DNA from: Octopus vulgaris
Lineage: Eukaryota
DNA length: 64,000 nucleotides
Assembly: GCA_951406725.2 (NCBI GenBank)
Contig: OX597820.1
Coordinates: forward strand, 102,300,001 to 102,364,000
Direction: 5' to 3'
Shown here: piece after piece, positions 40,205 through 54,749 of the stretch
Position numbering within the stretch: the stretch's first letter is position 1
Layout: each line of letters starts with the position of its first letter
The notes under the pieces: model-generated
What the model was told of the DNA's origin: nothing
Database searches by the model: none
What the model saw: only the letters and a program-made list of their open reading frames with translations
Position numbers and translations under genes: made by a program

Positions 40205-40662
40205 ACAGTTTAAGCTATCTTTTTGCAGAAGAAGGTTTATGTTCCTATAGCCTGTGTTAATTCTGTAATCCTTTAAAATGGAAGATAAGAAAGTTCATTT
40301 TCGGCACTTGATGCTTTGGGAATCAGACAAAAATTGCTGCAGCTCGGCTAGAATGTGTTACCCCAGCCTCCATATTCACCAAATATTGCTCCTTCGGATT
40401 TCCACTTATTCAGGTCTCTACAGAATAGTCTTAACAGTAAAAATTTCAATTCCTTGGATGACATAAAAAGATATCTTGATGAATTCTTTGCCATGAAACC
40501 ACCTCAATTCTGGGAAGAGGGTATTTTAAGTTAAAGGAAAGATGGAGGCGCATTGTGCAACAAAATGGTTCATATTTGGTTGATTAAAAAAGTAATGGCA
40601 AGTATTTATTGACCTTTTTCTTTCCTTTAAAAATCAGCACAAACTATCCGGACAACCCAATA
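40205..40662 (+). mobile_element. Internally deleted mariner transposon
   Basis: MEDKKVHFRHLMLWE start fused to PPYSPNIAPSDFHLFRSLQNSL..ERWRRIVQQNGSY end; 3' TIR ..GACAACCCAATA. Confidence 0.85.
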
Positions 40663-40897
40663 TATATAAATATATATTTGTGTGTCTGTGTTTGTCCCCC
40701 AACCATCACTTGACAGCCGATGTTGGTGTGCTTACAGCCCGGCAAAAAAGACCAATAGAATAAGTACTAGGCTTACAAAGAATAAGTTCTGGGGTCAATT
40801 TATTCAATTAAAGAGCAGTGCTTCAGCATGGCCACAGTCAAATGACTGAAACAAGTAAAAGAATAAAAGTATATACATACATACATACATACATACA

Positions 40898-40933
<36 letters not shown>

Positions 40934-40969
40934 TACACACATACATATTAATGCTTGATTTTACGTTAT

Positions 40970-41152
40970 AATAAAAACGATTTTATATTAAATTGAAGGA
41001 GTACTCAATACCTTTGCTAGAGTACATATTTATTATTGTTTAGCAAGTAGTATTGACAGTGACTTTGAAGTTTCAGCCAGTTAAGCTATGATTGGACAGT
41101 CCAATGATGGTTTAGGTGGGCCAAACGTTGGAGTCACTGTCAATACTTGCTT
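40970..41152 (-). mobile_element. Decayed PLE-like fold-back hairpin centred at 41098; HHR relic 41095-41141 (+)
   Basis: Arms 41042-41097 and 41099-41152; GACAGU CCAAUGA U GG..CC -AAA CGUUGGAG UC ACUGUC. Confidence 0.6.
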
Positions 41153-43780
41153 TGTTAAAGAAGAATACACACACACACACACATGCACACACATCCACTT
41201 ATTCAAATGATTTGTGTTTAGTATCACTATAAAAACAAACTTAAGCATAGCCAACTTCTTGAATGTAACAGATTTAGCTGCTCATTTGTATTAACCTCAC
41301 AGTAAGCCCAGAGAGATGATGGCCTACAATTAACACCGGGGCTTGTCACCTATCCCTTGCTACTTAATTACTAGTTAAGGGAGTAAGCAAAAAGACATTG
41401 AGCCTGTCTTCTCATAAAGATATGTTTTGATAGGGTAGCTCCTATTATAACAATGCCCCTGCAGCAAATGGATTTAAAGAGAATTTCACTTACAACACTC
41501 TCAACAAGGACCAGCCAAAAACAATGCTGATGCACTGTAATTTGGTTCACATCCCCTTTCTCCATTAGTGTGAAGTCCTGCATATTAAAGCTGTCCTTAA
41601 GTTAGTTAATAAGCATTTTCCTTCCAGATACAGGCATAGAAAGCTTTTCAATAGGCACAAACTTCAAATCTTTTGGTTGTTAATTTAAAGGTAATACAGA
41701 AATAAGGAAAAGCATGAATATCACACAATTTCATCTTCCTCTCCAATAAATTGCATCATTACTAATAAAAAAAGAGCCACTAATTTTTCTTATTGTTTAA
41801 CCCAGGTCGACACTGATTAAGCATGCAAAATAAAGGGTGTTTCTTTCATGACCATCTCCCTTTTCTTTCAGCTGTTTTTGTGTCTGGGACAACAATAATG
41901 AATAACATATTTTTAAGATGGTACAGTGATATTTAAGGGACTTGTAGCTGCTATTTCTAGCAGATTGAATGACCATGTATCAGTCAATAATATTTTTCTT
42001 TCTAATTTTGGCACAAGGCCAGCAATTTTGAAAGGAAGGGCAAGTCATTAGAATTTACTCCAGTACTTGAGTGGTACTTTGATTTATCAACCCAGAAAGG
42101 GTGAACAACATAGTTGACCTTGTCAGAATTTGAACTCAGAATATAGTGAATTAGAAGAATTACCACTAAGCCTTTTTGTCAGATATGCTAGCTATTCTTC
42201 CATTTCATCACCTTTAAAGCACCAATAATATTAAGAAGTAGTAAATTTCTGTAATAATGGTTTTCAACGCCACAAAGCTAAAGTCAATAATCATAGGGTC
42301 TAAAATCGGAATGTAGAGGAATGAAACTAAATATTATTGTACAATTAGTCCAGCACTCAACCATTTTTAACTACATACCAGCTTTACAATGAAGAATATT
42401 ATTAGAAGAATTTCAAAAGAAATTGGCAAAGTACAGGTGTGTCAATATGTTATCAGATTACACAGCTCAGACGGAATTATATTAATCTTCAGCCAGGCAT
42501 ATAATGAAACATTATATAATAAGTCAACAGAGTTGGTACATACATACATACATGCATACATACATACATACATACATACATACATACATACATACATGCA
42601 TGCATGCATGCATGCATACATACATACATACATACATACATATACACACACATGCAAACACACATATATACATACAAAAATACATATATGTATATATACA
42701 CATACATATATTCTCTATATACATACACACACACTTACACACATACACATGCACACACACATATATTTATATATATATACATACATATACACATATATAC
42801 ATTCCATGCTAGCATGGAGAACGGACGTTAAACGATGATGATGATGATGATGATATGTATGCATGTATGTATACATGTATGTATACATGTATGTATGTAT
42901 GTATATATGTATGTAGGAAAGTATGTATGTATGTATGCATGTATGTATGTATATGAATATTTGTGTGCATCCGTGTATGTGTGTGCATATGCTAATAGAT
43001 ATATGCATGCTATTATGTTCATGAAGCATGTAATAAATGATAGTACAATTAATGAGATTAGCCAGTATATGTGTGTATGTATATGTATGTATATGTGTTT
43101 GTTTCTATATAGTATGTAGGTGGACATGCAAGCACAATGCATCTATATCTGTGCGTGTATGTATGCTTATGTCTATATATATGTAAATATACACATCTGT
43201 ATGAATGGATGCTGCATAGCCAAATGGTTAAAAAGTTCACTTGCCAATCATGTGATCCGGGGTTCAATTCCACCCTGTGAATTCCAGCTGTTTTACACCC
43301 ATTGGCATACTTGCAAAATCAGAAAACAGCCCAGCATCCATGTCAATCGGAAACACTTTTGCATGCTCAGAATTGCAGATGCATAGACTAAACTACCTGC
43401 ATCAGTTATTAGCTGTCTGCTTAATTGCAAGATTATAAAAGAAAGTATCTTGTTTTGTTCATGAGCCTTTTAATGCTTAGGTACTGCTAACTTTTATTGT
43501 CCCAGATATTGTGATCATTTGTAGTGTAAGAATTAAGGAGTTGCATTCTCGCCACAAGATCTCAAGTTCAGCTATACTTTGATCCAGATGAGTTGGTCTA
43601 TATCTTGCTGCTCCAATAATAATTAGATATGAAGCTGAAAGTGTGTCTCTATGTATGTATGAGTGTATGTTTGTATGCTTGTATATATATATATGTATAT
43701 ATGTATGAATGAATAAATGTATGTATGTATATATGTACATACATACATAAATACATACATGCAAACACACACATATATAC

Positions 43781-43811
<31 letters not shown>

Positions 43812-44255
43812 TGTATGTATGTATGTATGTATATATATTTATATCTCTGCTTGCATGTATATCTATATGGATGTATGCATATGTATATGTGTGCATATAT
43901 GTACATATACATAATTTTTTTGTGTGTCTATGTATATGTGTATGTTTATAAAACAGAAAATTAAAGTTTGCATAATAAGATCATTTCAGAGATCCAGGGA
44001 TACCAGCTCTCTCACCTTAATTATCAACTCCAAAAGATATCGCTGTGTGGGTAAGACGTTTGTTTCTTAATCAGAGCTCAACTGGTACTTATTTTAATGA
44101 CCTTGAAAGGACGAAAGGTAAAGTCTACCTTGGTAGAATTTGTGCTCAGAATGTAAAGATGGACAAAATGCTGCCAAGCAGTGTGCTAATGATTCTGTCA
44201 GCTTGCCGCCTTTCTTTGTGTATATATTAAGACAAGTAATCAAATTACTCTACTC

Positions 44256-44295
<40 letters not shown>

Positions 44296-45043
44296 TATAT
44301 TAAGATAGTTATATGTGCTATAGTAATCTTATACACATGATAAAATAATAAAATATTTCTCATTAGTGATAAGGAGGATTAGCTATAATGATTATAAGGA
44401 TTAGCTATTTATCAGCTGTAATGGAGAATCATTAAAGAATCTTCATTATATCTAATAAAATGATTGCTTTGTGGTCATGAAATGCCAAGTCATCATTGGT
44501 AGAATATAACAGAATATGACTATAATCTAAGGGGCTCCAGCCATGACCTTTCCATCATTTTTCAGACATTATTATTTTTCTTACTTTTAAAATGGTATGG
44601 TGTGTGATTTGAGGTAGATTCAGTTATTATTTCTTGCAGGTCAAGCAAGTACATAGAACCGTCCCTTTTTAGACAGCAACATATTATTTGAAGAAGATGT
44701 AGCTGCTATTTCAAGCAAGCCCACTACTGCAATAGAGACACTCTTATTAATTGTCACTTATTATTGTCGTTGATGGTGTTGTTACTGTTATTTAGCCACA
44801 GGTCAACAATGATTGATGAGACCTAATGATTGATGAGGCCTATGACCAAAAGCATTTCAATTATAGCTATTTCACAGCCTACTTAGCTGGAAATCAATAA
44901 TAACTGACTGTTGGTGCAGCTCACTCTCCTTCCAGTTATCACGTCTTTGATGTTCCATAGGTTCAAATGTGGGATATCCAAGAGGGTGTCTACACCCATG
45001 TTTGTGACTACATAGGGATCTGAAACTAAAACAATTAGCAAAA

Positions 45044-45277
45044 GGCGGTGAGCTGGCAGAAACGTTAGCACGACGGGCGAAATACTTAACGGTATTTCGT
45101 CTGCCGTTAAGTTCTGAGTTCGAATTCCGCCGAGGTTGGCTTTGCCTTTCATCCTTTCGAGGTCGATAAATTAAGTACCAGTTACGCACTGGGGTCGATG
45201 TAATCGACTTAATCCATTTGCCTGTCCTTGTTTGTCCTCTCTGTGTTTAGCCCCTTGTGGGTAGTAAAGAAATAAAA
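45044..45277 (+). mobile_element. SINE family B with TSD
   Basis: Full length; TSD aattagcaaaa. Confidence 0.85.
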
Positions 45278-45710
45278 AATTAGCAAAAGCATGATCCATG
45301 CCATTAAGTCATACCTATTTGTGAGTGACAGCTATGGCCCCTTATCTATATTTTTTCTCTATCTAGATAAGTTACCCCTCCTGGGTTTGGCTTTGTCATT
45401 GTGAGGGGGCTTGCATGTTCCATAGACCGGAGAAAATGTTACTGTTTGGGGCTTTGCTCCTGGTAGAGCTATCCTAGGCTGGTGGCCAATCTCTCAGGGG
45501 GGTTCCAAATGAGCGATGATCCATGGCACATTGACCTGTTGCCAAAATGGCAGCCCCATCATCTGATTATTCTTTGAAAGACCAACAACCTGCCCAGAAG
45601 AACTCTCAACTTGCTATGGCACTGATCAGAAGAAACCAGAGGAAAAATGAGGTAAGATATAGTGAAGGTATATCGTTCAGTGTTAGGGTGTTGGTATATT
45701 GGTAATAAAA

Positions 45711-46027
45711 GGGCAGCGAGCTGGCTAGAGCGGCGAGCTGGCTAGAGCGGCGAGCTGGCTAGAGCGGCGAGCTGGCTAGAGCGGCGAGCTGGTAAGGGTG
45801 GCGAGCTGGCAGAATCGTTAGCACATCGGGTGAAATGCTTAGCAGTATTTCGTCTGCCGCTACGTTCTGAGTTCAAATTCCGCCAAGGTCGACTTTGCCT
45901 TTCATCCTTTCGGGGTCGATAAATTAAGTACCAGTTACGCACTGGGGTTGATATAATCGACTTAATCCGTTTGTCTGTCCTTGTTTGTCCCCTCTGTGTT
46001 TAGCCCCTTGTGGGTAGTAAAGAAATA
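45711..46027 (+). mobile_element. SINE family B with tandemly reiterated 5' head
   Basis: 17-bp unit GCGGCGAGCTGGCTAGA x4+; TSD ggtatattg(g/a)taataaa. Confidence 0.85.
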
Positions 46028-48639
46028 GGTATATTGATAATAAAGCAGTAAATTCAATTTCTGGGCTGAGTGGCACATTGTGTCTTTGTAAAAGACACTT
46101 GAAATTCATGCGGACCCAGTTTTCTTAGCAGAAAATGAGTAACAGCTGACTTACTGGTGCAGCTCTCTCTATCTGTCTATGTCTGATTGAGACTACATTA
46201 CTGTCCATTTTTTCATGCTTGCATGGATTAGATGGAATTTTGATGAGGCAGATTTGTTATAGCTGGATGTCATTTTGGTTGCGAACCCTCATCTGTTTCC
46301 AAGCAAGGTAATATTTCCCCATGATTAGACATATTTTCATGGGAGTTGAATGAAGGACACTGCTTGCATGATGGTGACACCATCACTTATTTTTAAAGCC
46401 TGGTACTTATTCTATTAGTCTTTTTTGCCAAAATGCTAAGTCATGGAAACATACCCAACAAAGACACCAAAGGCACACACACAAATACATACATACACAC
46501 ACACAGACACACACATATATACATATGTACTCACACATGTGCACACATGCACATACACACACACATGCATGCACACATGCACACACAAGGCTTTGGTCAG
46601 CCCAAGGCTGTAATAAAAGACACTTGCCCAAGGCACCATGCAATAGGAATGAACCTGGAACCATGTGGTTGGGAAGAAAACTTCTTACCATACAGCCATG
46701 CCTGCATCAAAACACTTGCCTAAGGTGCCATGCAGTGGAATTGAACCTAGACTTATGTGGTCGGAAAGCAAACTTCTTACCACACAGGTCGACTTTGCCT
46801 TTCATCCTTTCGGGGTCGATAAATTAAGTACCAGTTACGCACTGGGGTTGATGTAATCGACTTAATCCGTTTGTCTGTCCTTGTTTGTCTCCTCTGTGTT
46901 TAGCCCCTCGTGGGTAGTAAAGAAACAGGTATGCCTGCACCTATACCATACCTGTGCTCATACCATGCCTGCATCAATACCACACCTGTACCTATTACCA
47001 CGCCCGCATTATACATTGGTACCCAGTACAATCAACAAATATATGGTATATACTGTGATGTCATACATACTCGCAAACCTTGTCTATGCTTCTTTCCTTT
47101 GCCTATAAGTTATATCTGACACAATATGAAAGTAGGGTAGCATTGTGATGCCAATAATTTCAGAATGGAAGTCATGCTTGGTGATGGATAGAGATGTGTT
47201 AGATTTTGTTGTGATGCAGACAAATCTATCAAGCGTTTTCTATGGAGAGTAAATATCTATTATACTATATTTGGTTTTGTGTCTTGTCAAAAGAAATCAT
47301 TCTTATGTGATTGTATCTTGTATTTGCTTGTTCTATCTTTAATATTTTCCAAAATGGATTATGTGTATAAATCTTCTGTGTTGCTAAAGCAACTATGCTG
47401 GAGATCTGTACTGTACACAATATCACTATCATCATCATCATCACCACCAAAACCAGCAGCATCACCACCACCAGCAGCATCACCACCACCAAAACCACCA
47501 GCACCACCAGCACCACCAGCACCACCACCAGCACCACCACCAGCAACACCACCAGCACCACCAGCACCAGCATCACCACTACCACCAGCACCACCAACAC
47601 CAGCACCAGCACCACCACCAGCACCACCACCACCACACCACGACCACCACCACCATCATCGTCATCGTCATCAGCAGTACAATCATCGTTGTAGTCATCG
47701 CCATTATCAAACCCTAACCATAATCATCATTGTCATCATCATCTTCATCATCATAATTGTAGCTTTTGTCATCATTGTTGACATTTTCACTATCACCACA
47801 ACCACCACCATCACCACTGCCACCACTGTTATCATTATCATTGTCATCATTGTCATCCTCATCATAGTTGTTTTCATCCTTACCATGATCATTAGCATTA
47901 CCATCGTCATACTCATCACCATCGTCATCATCATCATCATCATCATCACCACCATCATCATCATTACCATGATGTTAGCACACATTGTCTAGTACTCGCA
48001 GCAACAGAGGGACTGTTCATCTTTGATGTAGTTTTGTTCATTCTATGGTTTTAGCCATTAAAATGCCCTTCCTGTCACCAACCACTTTAGAGCATGAGCT
48101 GGGTCCATTTTATCATGGAACTAGCTAAACATATGTGCGCGCACACACACACACACACATACACACACACTTATATATCATCATCACCAGCAGCATTACT
48201 TTTATGTCTGTATTTCCATAGAGACATATATGGGTTAGACAAGACAATATGAGGCAGTGCTTATATCGAGAATATTCCCAAAATACATACAGGATGAGCA
48301 AGGTTTAAATACACGATTATAAAAAGTATATACTTTATTTTGATATTGAGAGAAGCCCTAAGGAGAACTTGTCCACTTCACTGGTTTGGAGGATATGTGT
48401 GTGTGTGTGTGTGTGTATAGTTATGGTGTATTAGAATATACTATAACTATGCCGAAGCTACACCTGATTGTCCCCCTTCCATACTCATACACATATGTGT
48501 ATGCCATGACTCATGCACTGTTCTTTTCCTGACGCTTGTACATTACCCTATGTACTATACATACACTTTAGATGAGTTGTAGTGCAGCTGAGCACTGTAC
48601 ACAATGTTTTATTATTATTATCATTATTATAGTAGAATA

Positions 48640-48992
48640 CAATATAAAGCTCATCCACCTTCAGATTTCACCCTGTGCTATCCAGTAGTAGTATTATGTG
48701 TACTTCCAAGTTTGCATTTGGGCTTTTTTCATGTGTGAATAGATAATTGACAAAAATTGGAGTTAACAAGAAGGAGTATGGTTGGACGGAGAGGATGTTC
48801 TTGAAGCCAAAACTTTAGAATTACGGAGACAATATTTACATATTACCCGAGGATACACAACTAGATCTCATAATGGAGGAAAGCGGTTGCATAATCAAGT
48901 ACCTGCATGCCTGGAGAACTACATTGTGTAGAAACAATTGAAAATAGATGTCCAACCGTACTCCTTCTTGTTGACACCAAATATTTTCAATT
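48640..48992 (-). mobile_element. PLE-like fold-back relic; HHR relic 48841-48946 (+)
   Basis: Inverted 31-mers 48757-48787 and 48950-48980; CCGAGGA UACACAA..UUGUGUA GAAA CAAUUG. Confidence 0.55.
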
Positions 48993-49001
48993 CTGTGAGG
49001 C

Positions 49002-49144
49002 AAGTAGCTTGCTTACCAACCACATGGTTTCGGGTTCAGTCCTACTGCGTGGCACCTTGGGCAAGTGTCTTCTACTATAGCCTCGGGCTGACCAAAGCCT
49101 TGTGAGTGGATTTGGTAGATGGAAACTGAAAGAAGCCCGTCGTA

Positions 49145-49184
<40 letters not shown>

Positions 49185-49405
49185 CATGTGTGTTTGTGTG
49201 TCTGTGTCTGTGTTTGTCCCCCTAGCATTGCTTGACAACCGATGCTGGTGTGTTTATGTCCCTGTCACTTAGCGGTTCGGCAAAAGAGACTGATAGAATA
49301 AGTACTGGGCTTACAAAGAATAAGTTCCCGGGTCAAGTTGCTCGACTAAAGGCGGTGCTCCAGCATGGCCACAGTCAAATGACTGAAACAAGTAAAAGAG
49401 TAAGG
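49002..49405 (+). mobile_element. SINE family A (5' clipped)
   Basis: Homology to 1793-2190. Confidence 0.85.
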
Positions 49406-49406
49406 A

Positions 49407-49442
<36 letters not shown>

Positions 49443-50059
49443 TTTTACTAAAGCCTAGAGTTTCACAGTTTTGAGAATTTTGCAGCTTTAATAAAAGCAT
49501 ATTACTCTACTTTTTGTATTTGAGTACTATTTGTTTTCCACCTTGTTTTGTATTTAAGTGATTACTTGTGTGTGTGGATATATATATATACACACACACA
49601 CATGTACATGCATTTATATATGTAGGGTGCAGTGAATAAACTGTCATCTAAATTACACAAAAATTCTTGCCAATAACATCTGTTAGTTGCCCCTCCCTCT
49701 TCCTTTAAATGGAGTCATGTGATTTAGGATTACAAAAAAGATTTTTTAAATGAAAGTAGGAAAAAGTAGTAAATAAAACTTGAAATTTTGTTCCTATAAA
49801 AGAAACTATGGAAACGTGTCATTGATCTTAACTTATTGTTAAATGCTTAGTGTAAAAACACATGTAAAATCTCTATACTCTGAAAGTATTGAGCTAACTG
49901 ATTATCATATCACATAATCTAGATTGTTGTGGCTGTTTACCCCCGAAACAGCACTGACTAAATAGGCATATGATCTTTCCTAGATATAGTTTATCTCAAG
50001 TTTCATTATTTGATTTGTCCTTTTTTATTCTTTTAAGATGCTTAAGCATTCAATCTTCA

Positions 50060-50205
50060 GAAGAAAAAAAGGTGGGTGTAAAAGCCAGACTTTCTGTCTT
50101 CCGTATGGTGTTCATGCCAACCCTTCACTATGGTCAAGAATCTTTGGTAATGACTGAAAAGAATATGATCATGAAAAGTGGCTGAAATGGAGATACTCCA
50201 GAGGA
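50060..50205 (+). mobile_element. RTE-clade LINE RT C-terminal relic
   Basis: KARLSVFRMVFMPTLHYGQESL...AEMEILQR (PxLxYGxE / EMxxLR motifs). Confidence 0.6.
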
Positions 50206-50871
50206 GGAATAAAATATTAGGAATTGCATAGAAATTGTTAAAATATTCTGTGTATTGTAGAAGTGTAACCAACTCAATGCACATAAATTTTAACACTAAA
50301 ATCTAATATAGACCCCTAAGGGTGATATGGACCATGGTTGAGAACCACTGGTCTAAGATAATAATAATGTTCAGGCTTACTATAGTTCATTAGAAAAGGG
50401 TAAAAGAGGAGACAGGAGGTAGCAAGTCAAGTAAAGGTCAGCAATGATAGCCAAGAATGAAAGTAAATACTACACAGAATAAAGCACAAAAAGCTTGGGA
50501 AGTGATTAGCAAAAAAGCCATAATGAGTTAGGGTGCATAAACTTGTCAAGTGTAGTATTGGTGAATTTTATTCCTTTGCTTGTGTCAAAATTTACATAAG
50601 TTTCTCCTAAACATTCTTGTTTGCTTTCACTATTAGTTAACCTCATTTCATATGGTCTAAGTAATATAAAGCTTTCCGCTAATAAGTTGCAAGTTACTCT
50701 GGTAGATGAAAGAAATTGGGAATGCGTATCATATATGATGCATAGACACCAGGGAAATATGTCTCATGTTTAACAGGCAAAGGGTTAATGCATAATGCCA
50801 GTAGTTTATTCTATGCTTCAATAATTCTGATCAATAAAAAGACGTTTAGATGTTCTTACTGTTGTTGATAT

Positions 50872-51240
50872 TATTTATAAAAGGTAAAAAAAGAGGGAAA
50901 ATAGAAAGCTTTTGACACTCCTGAGAAATTTATAAAACCTTTATATTTCAGGTGAAAAAGCCCATCTTCGAAAGAAAACGTCTGGGAAATGTCTAGTTAT
51001 GCAGGTTCCTTTAACCCCTTCAAATCACCTCGCGTTATGTAACAGCAGCACAAGTTAACGGAGCTTGCATAACTGGACATTTCTCAGACTGTTTTACTTC
51101 TGAAGATGGACCTTTGCACCTGAAATATAAAGGCTTTATAAAACTTTGTTCATTGTCAGAAGCTTTCTATTCTCTGTCTTTTTTTACCTTCTTCAATATT
51201 ACAATGCTTCAAGCAAACTACAACACACTTATCATTTATA
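50872..51240 (+). mobile_element. Decayed PLE-like fold-back element; HHR 51097-51132 (+)
   Basis: Arms about 50872-51015 and 51055-51199; CUU CUGAAGA UGG..CCU GAAA UA UA AAG. Confidence 0.55.
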
Positions 51241-51393
51241 GTTTTAGCTGTTACAATTATGGTTGTTCTTACTAAAACTGATGCACTTGTATCTATTGCT
51301 AATCAAACAACTTGTATTTATATCAGCTCTTTTTCAAAACTCACCCAAGTCACTTTTATCATTTATTTTATTGACTCAAGAACCAGAACAATA

Positions 51394-52152
<759 letters not shown>

Positions 52153-52545
52153 TAAAGTACTGGTACTGGGTTCAATAAATTAAAATTGACTAAAATCACC
52201 ACCCCAACCCCTCAAAATTGCTTGCCTTGTACCTATAATAGAAACCACCATGGATCTTTACCTTTAGACTGGCAGATTTAGAAAATAATTTTTTGTAACT
52301 AAACACTTTCAAATTTCGGCACCAGTAGAATGTGTCATAGCGTTTTTGAGAAAAGTTTGCTTATGAAGTTATTTCGTGTTAAAGTAGTCATATTTTGGTA
52401 ATTTCGACCAATCAATGACGTGTATTAAGCTGAATAAAATTACTGTTGCTGTTTGTCAACAACACCTATTGTCGGTGCATATTTCGTTTGTCACTGTTAT
52501 TTATGACATCGTACATGCGTTTGTACTGGTTTTAGCTTTAAGGTT

Positions 52546-52608
52546 TTAGGGTAAGGGTTAGGGTTTTAGGGTTAGGGTTTTAGGGTTAGGGTTAGGGTTA
52601 GGGTTAGG
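52546..52608 (+). repeat. Interstitial telomeric (TTAGGG)n-like repeat
   Basis: About 9 TTAGGG/TTTTAGGG units. Confidence 0.85.
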
Positions 52609-53289
52609 CATTATTAATGAATTGAATGTTATTGTTACTATAGTTGTTTTTTGAGTTCCTAAAACACTCTTGATGAAACAAATCTATGATGAAAAACATT
52701 CCAATTGTGACCATCCTGTCATTCTGTGTATCAGAACTATGTTATCCAACATGTTCTTCCTACTTACATTTGGAAGGAAGTGTGATGTAAAAGATTTGTC
52801 TGCCATTTCTAGCAAATTGAGTGACAAGCATAAGCACTTTTTGTGGATTCTGTAACTGATGATGCTGCTATAGATAAGTGCTGATATTTAGAGTTATGTT
52901 GTTGTTACTGTTGTAACTGATAGAAGTGTTGTTGTTGTTATTGTTGATATCTCACTGTTGCTCTATTTTCCACTCCTTTCTCTTTTCATATCCTTTCATG
53001 TAGGAGGTTTTTCCTGTGAACAGCTTCCTCTTTGGATTGCTATCTCACTCTTTCTTTTTTGTGTGTGTGTGTGAAATATATGTACACACACACACACACA
53101 CATACACACACACACACGCATGCATGCACACATGCACACACACACACACACATATACATGGCACTATATGTGATGTATGAGTGTGTATTTATTTACCTAA
53201 TTACACATGCATACACAGATATACACGCACACATTCACACACGGGCATATTCATAATCATCATTGTCATCATCATCATCGTCGTCACTG

Positions 53290-53337
<48 letters not shown>

Positions 53338-54200
53338 CCAACATCAAGATTGTTTTAACAGCCACTTCTTTTATGCTTGCATGAGTCAGATGGAATTTGT
53401 TTGCAAAGTTTGTGGATATTCTTTTGCTAAAAGATCAAAAGGATCAGCTGCAGTTTGGAAGGTGAAACAGCTTGATGGCTGCACAATGCACAAAGTAATT
53501 CTTTGGCAGTTTGGAATGGGGTCTTGCAGGAATTGCATTACTGGATAAGCAACATAGTCCTGTTTTAGAGAATGCAGGAAGATTTTTGCAGATGTGAGTC
53601 TAAATTTTTTGCCTAAAGACCAGCAACAAAATATGAGCAAACCACTTGGGAGACTTAGTGCATTTGGTCTTTGTTTTGTGTGGGACATATAGGGATTTAT
53701 TCAAAAGGACAGCCAAGCTGTTTCTGGGTGTTACAAGAGGGAAGCACATAAAGCACTAAGTGTAAGTGGCCTACACTTGGTAGAGCTTCAAAGAGTCAGC
53801 TGAGATGAAGTGTCATGGAGTGTTGAAGAAAGGGCAACTTCTCTGTTATGTGGATGTGTTTTGGGTACCACTGATGAGGAGAGTCGTTGGACAACCTCAT
53901 AGGGGTAACGACAGACATAGGTTGGTAGCAATTAGGTTTATCTTTCAGTGTTTATATTTTAGTTGTTTCACTCATTAAACTGTGGCCATGCTGGGGAATT
54001 GAAGAATTTTTGCTGAAAAAATTCACTCCAGCACTTGTTTTTTTTTTGTAAAGCCTGCTACTTGTTCTGTTGGTCTGTTTTGCTGAGCTGCTAAGTTATG
54101 GGGACATAATTACATCAATACTGATTGTCAAGTGGTGATGGAGAGCAAACACTGACAAAGACACATACAGATATATATATAAAAGGCTTCTTTCAGTTTC

Positions 54201-54434
54201 TTATTTCTTTACTGCCCACAAGGGGCTACACACAGAGGGGACAAACAAGGACAGACAAATGGATTAAGTCGATTATATCGACCCCAGTGCATAACTGGTA
54301 CTTATTTAATCGACCCTGAAATGATGAAAGGCAAAATCAACCTCAGCAGAATTTGAACTCAGAAAGTAGCGACAGATGAAATACCAATAAGCATTTACCC
54401 CGGCATGTTAACATTTCTGCCGGCTCACCACCTT
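54201..54434 (-). mobile_element. SINE family B nested in a SINE family A copy (53960-54560)
   Basis: TSD gcttctttcagtttc at 54186-54200 and 54435-54449. Confidence 0.85.
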
Positions 54435-54601
54435 GCTTCTTTCAGTTTCTCTCTACCAAATCCACTCACAAAGCTTTGGTTGGCCCAAGGCATTAGTAGA
54501 AGACATTTTCCCAAGGTGCCATGCAGAGGGACTGAACCCAGCTTCTTACCACTCGGCCATGCTGGGAAATTTAGGGTATTTGGCACATCTATGGTCTAGG
54601 A

Positions 54602-54749
54602 CAGGTATGGGCAACCTTTTTCAAGGAGTGAGCTGCATGAGACATAATTCACCATCAAACAAGCCATTCACTTAAAAAAAAATTCAAGGTAATTTTATAT
54701 TAGGCATGCCATTCAGAAATCCATTTAGGCTGTAGTTTGACTGTGACTG
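54602..54749. mobile_element. hAT (Charlie-like) MITE
   Basis: CAGGTATGGGCAAC..GTAGTTTGACTGTGACTG ends; 8-bp TSD gtctagga/gtttagga. Confidence 0.65.

Noticed and set aside
47279-47992. 237-aa Pro/Ala/His/Ile-rich ORF
   Set aside because: Translation of (CCACCAGCA)n and (CAT)n repeats; open in several frames and on both strands
53386-53900. 100-aa ORF as a host exon
   Set aside because: More like a decayed LINE ORF2 segment; too degenerate to classify
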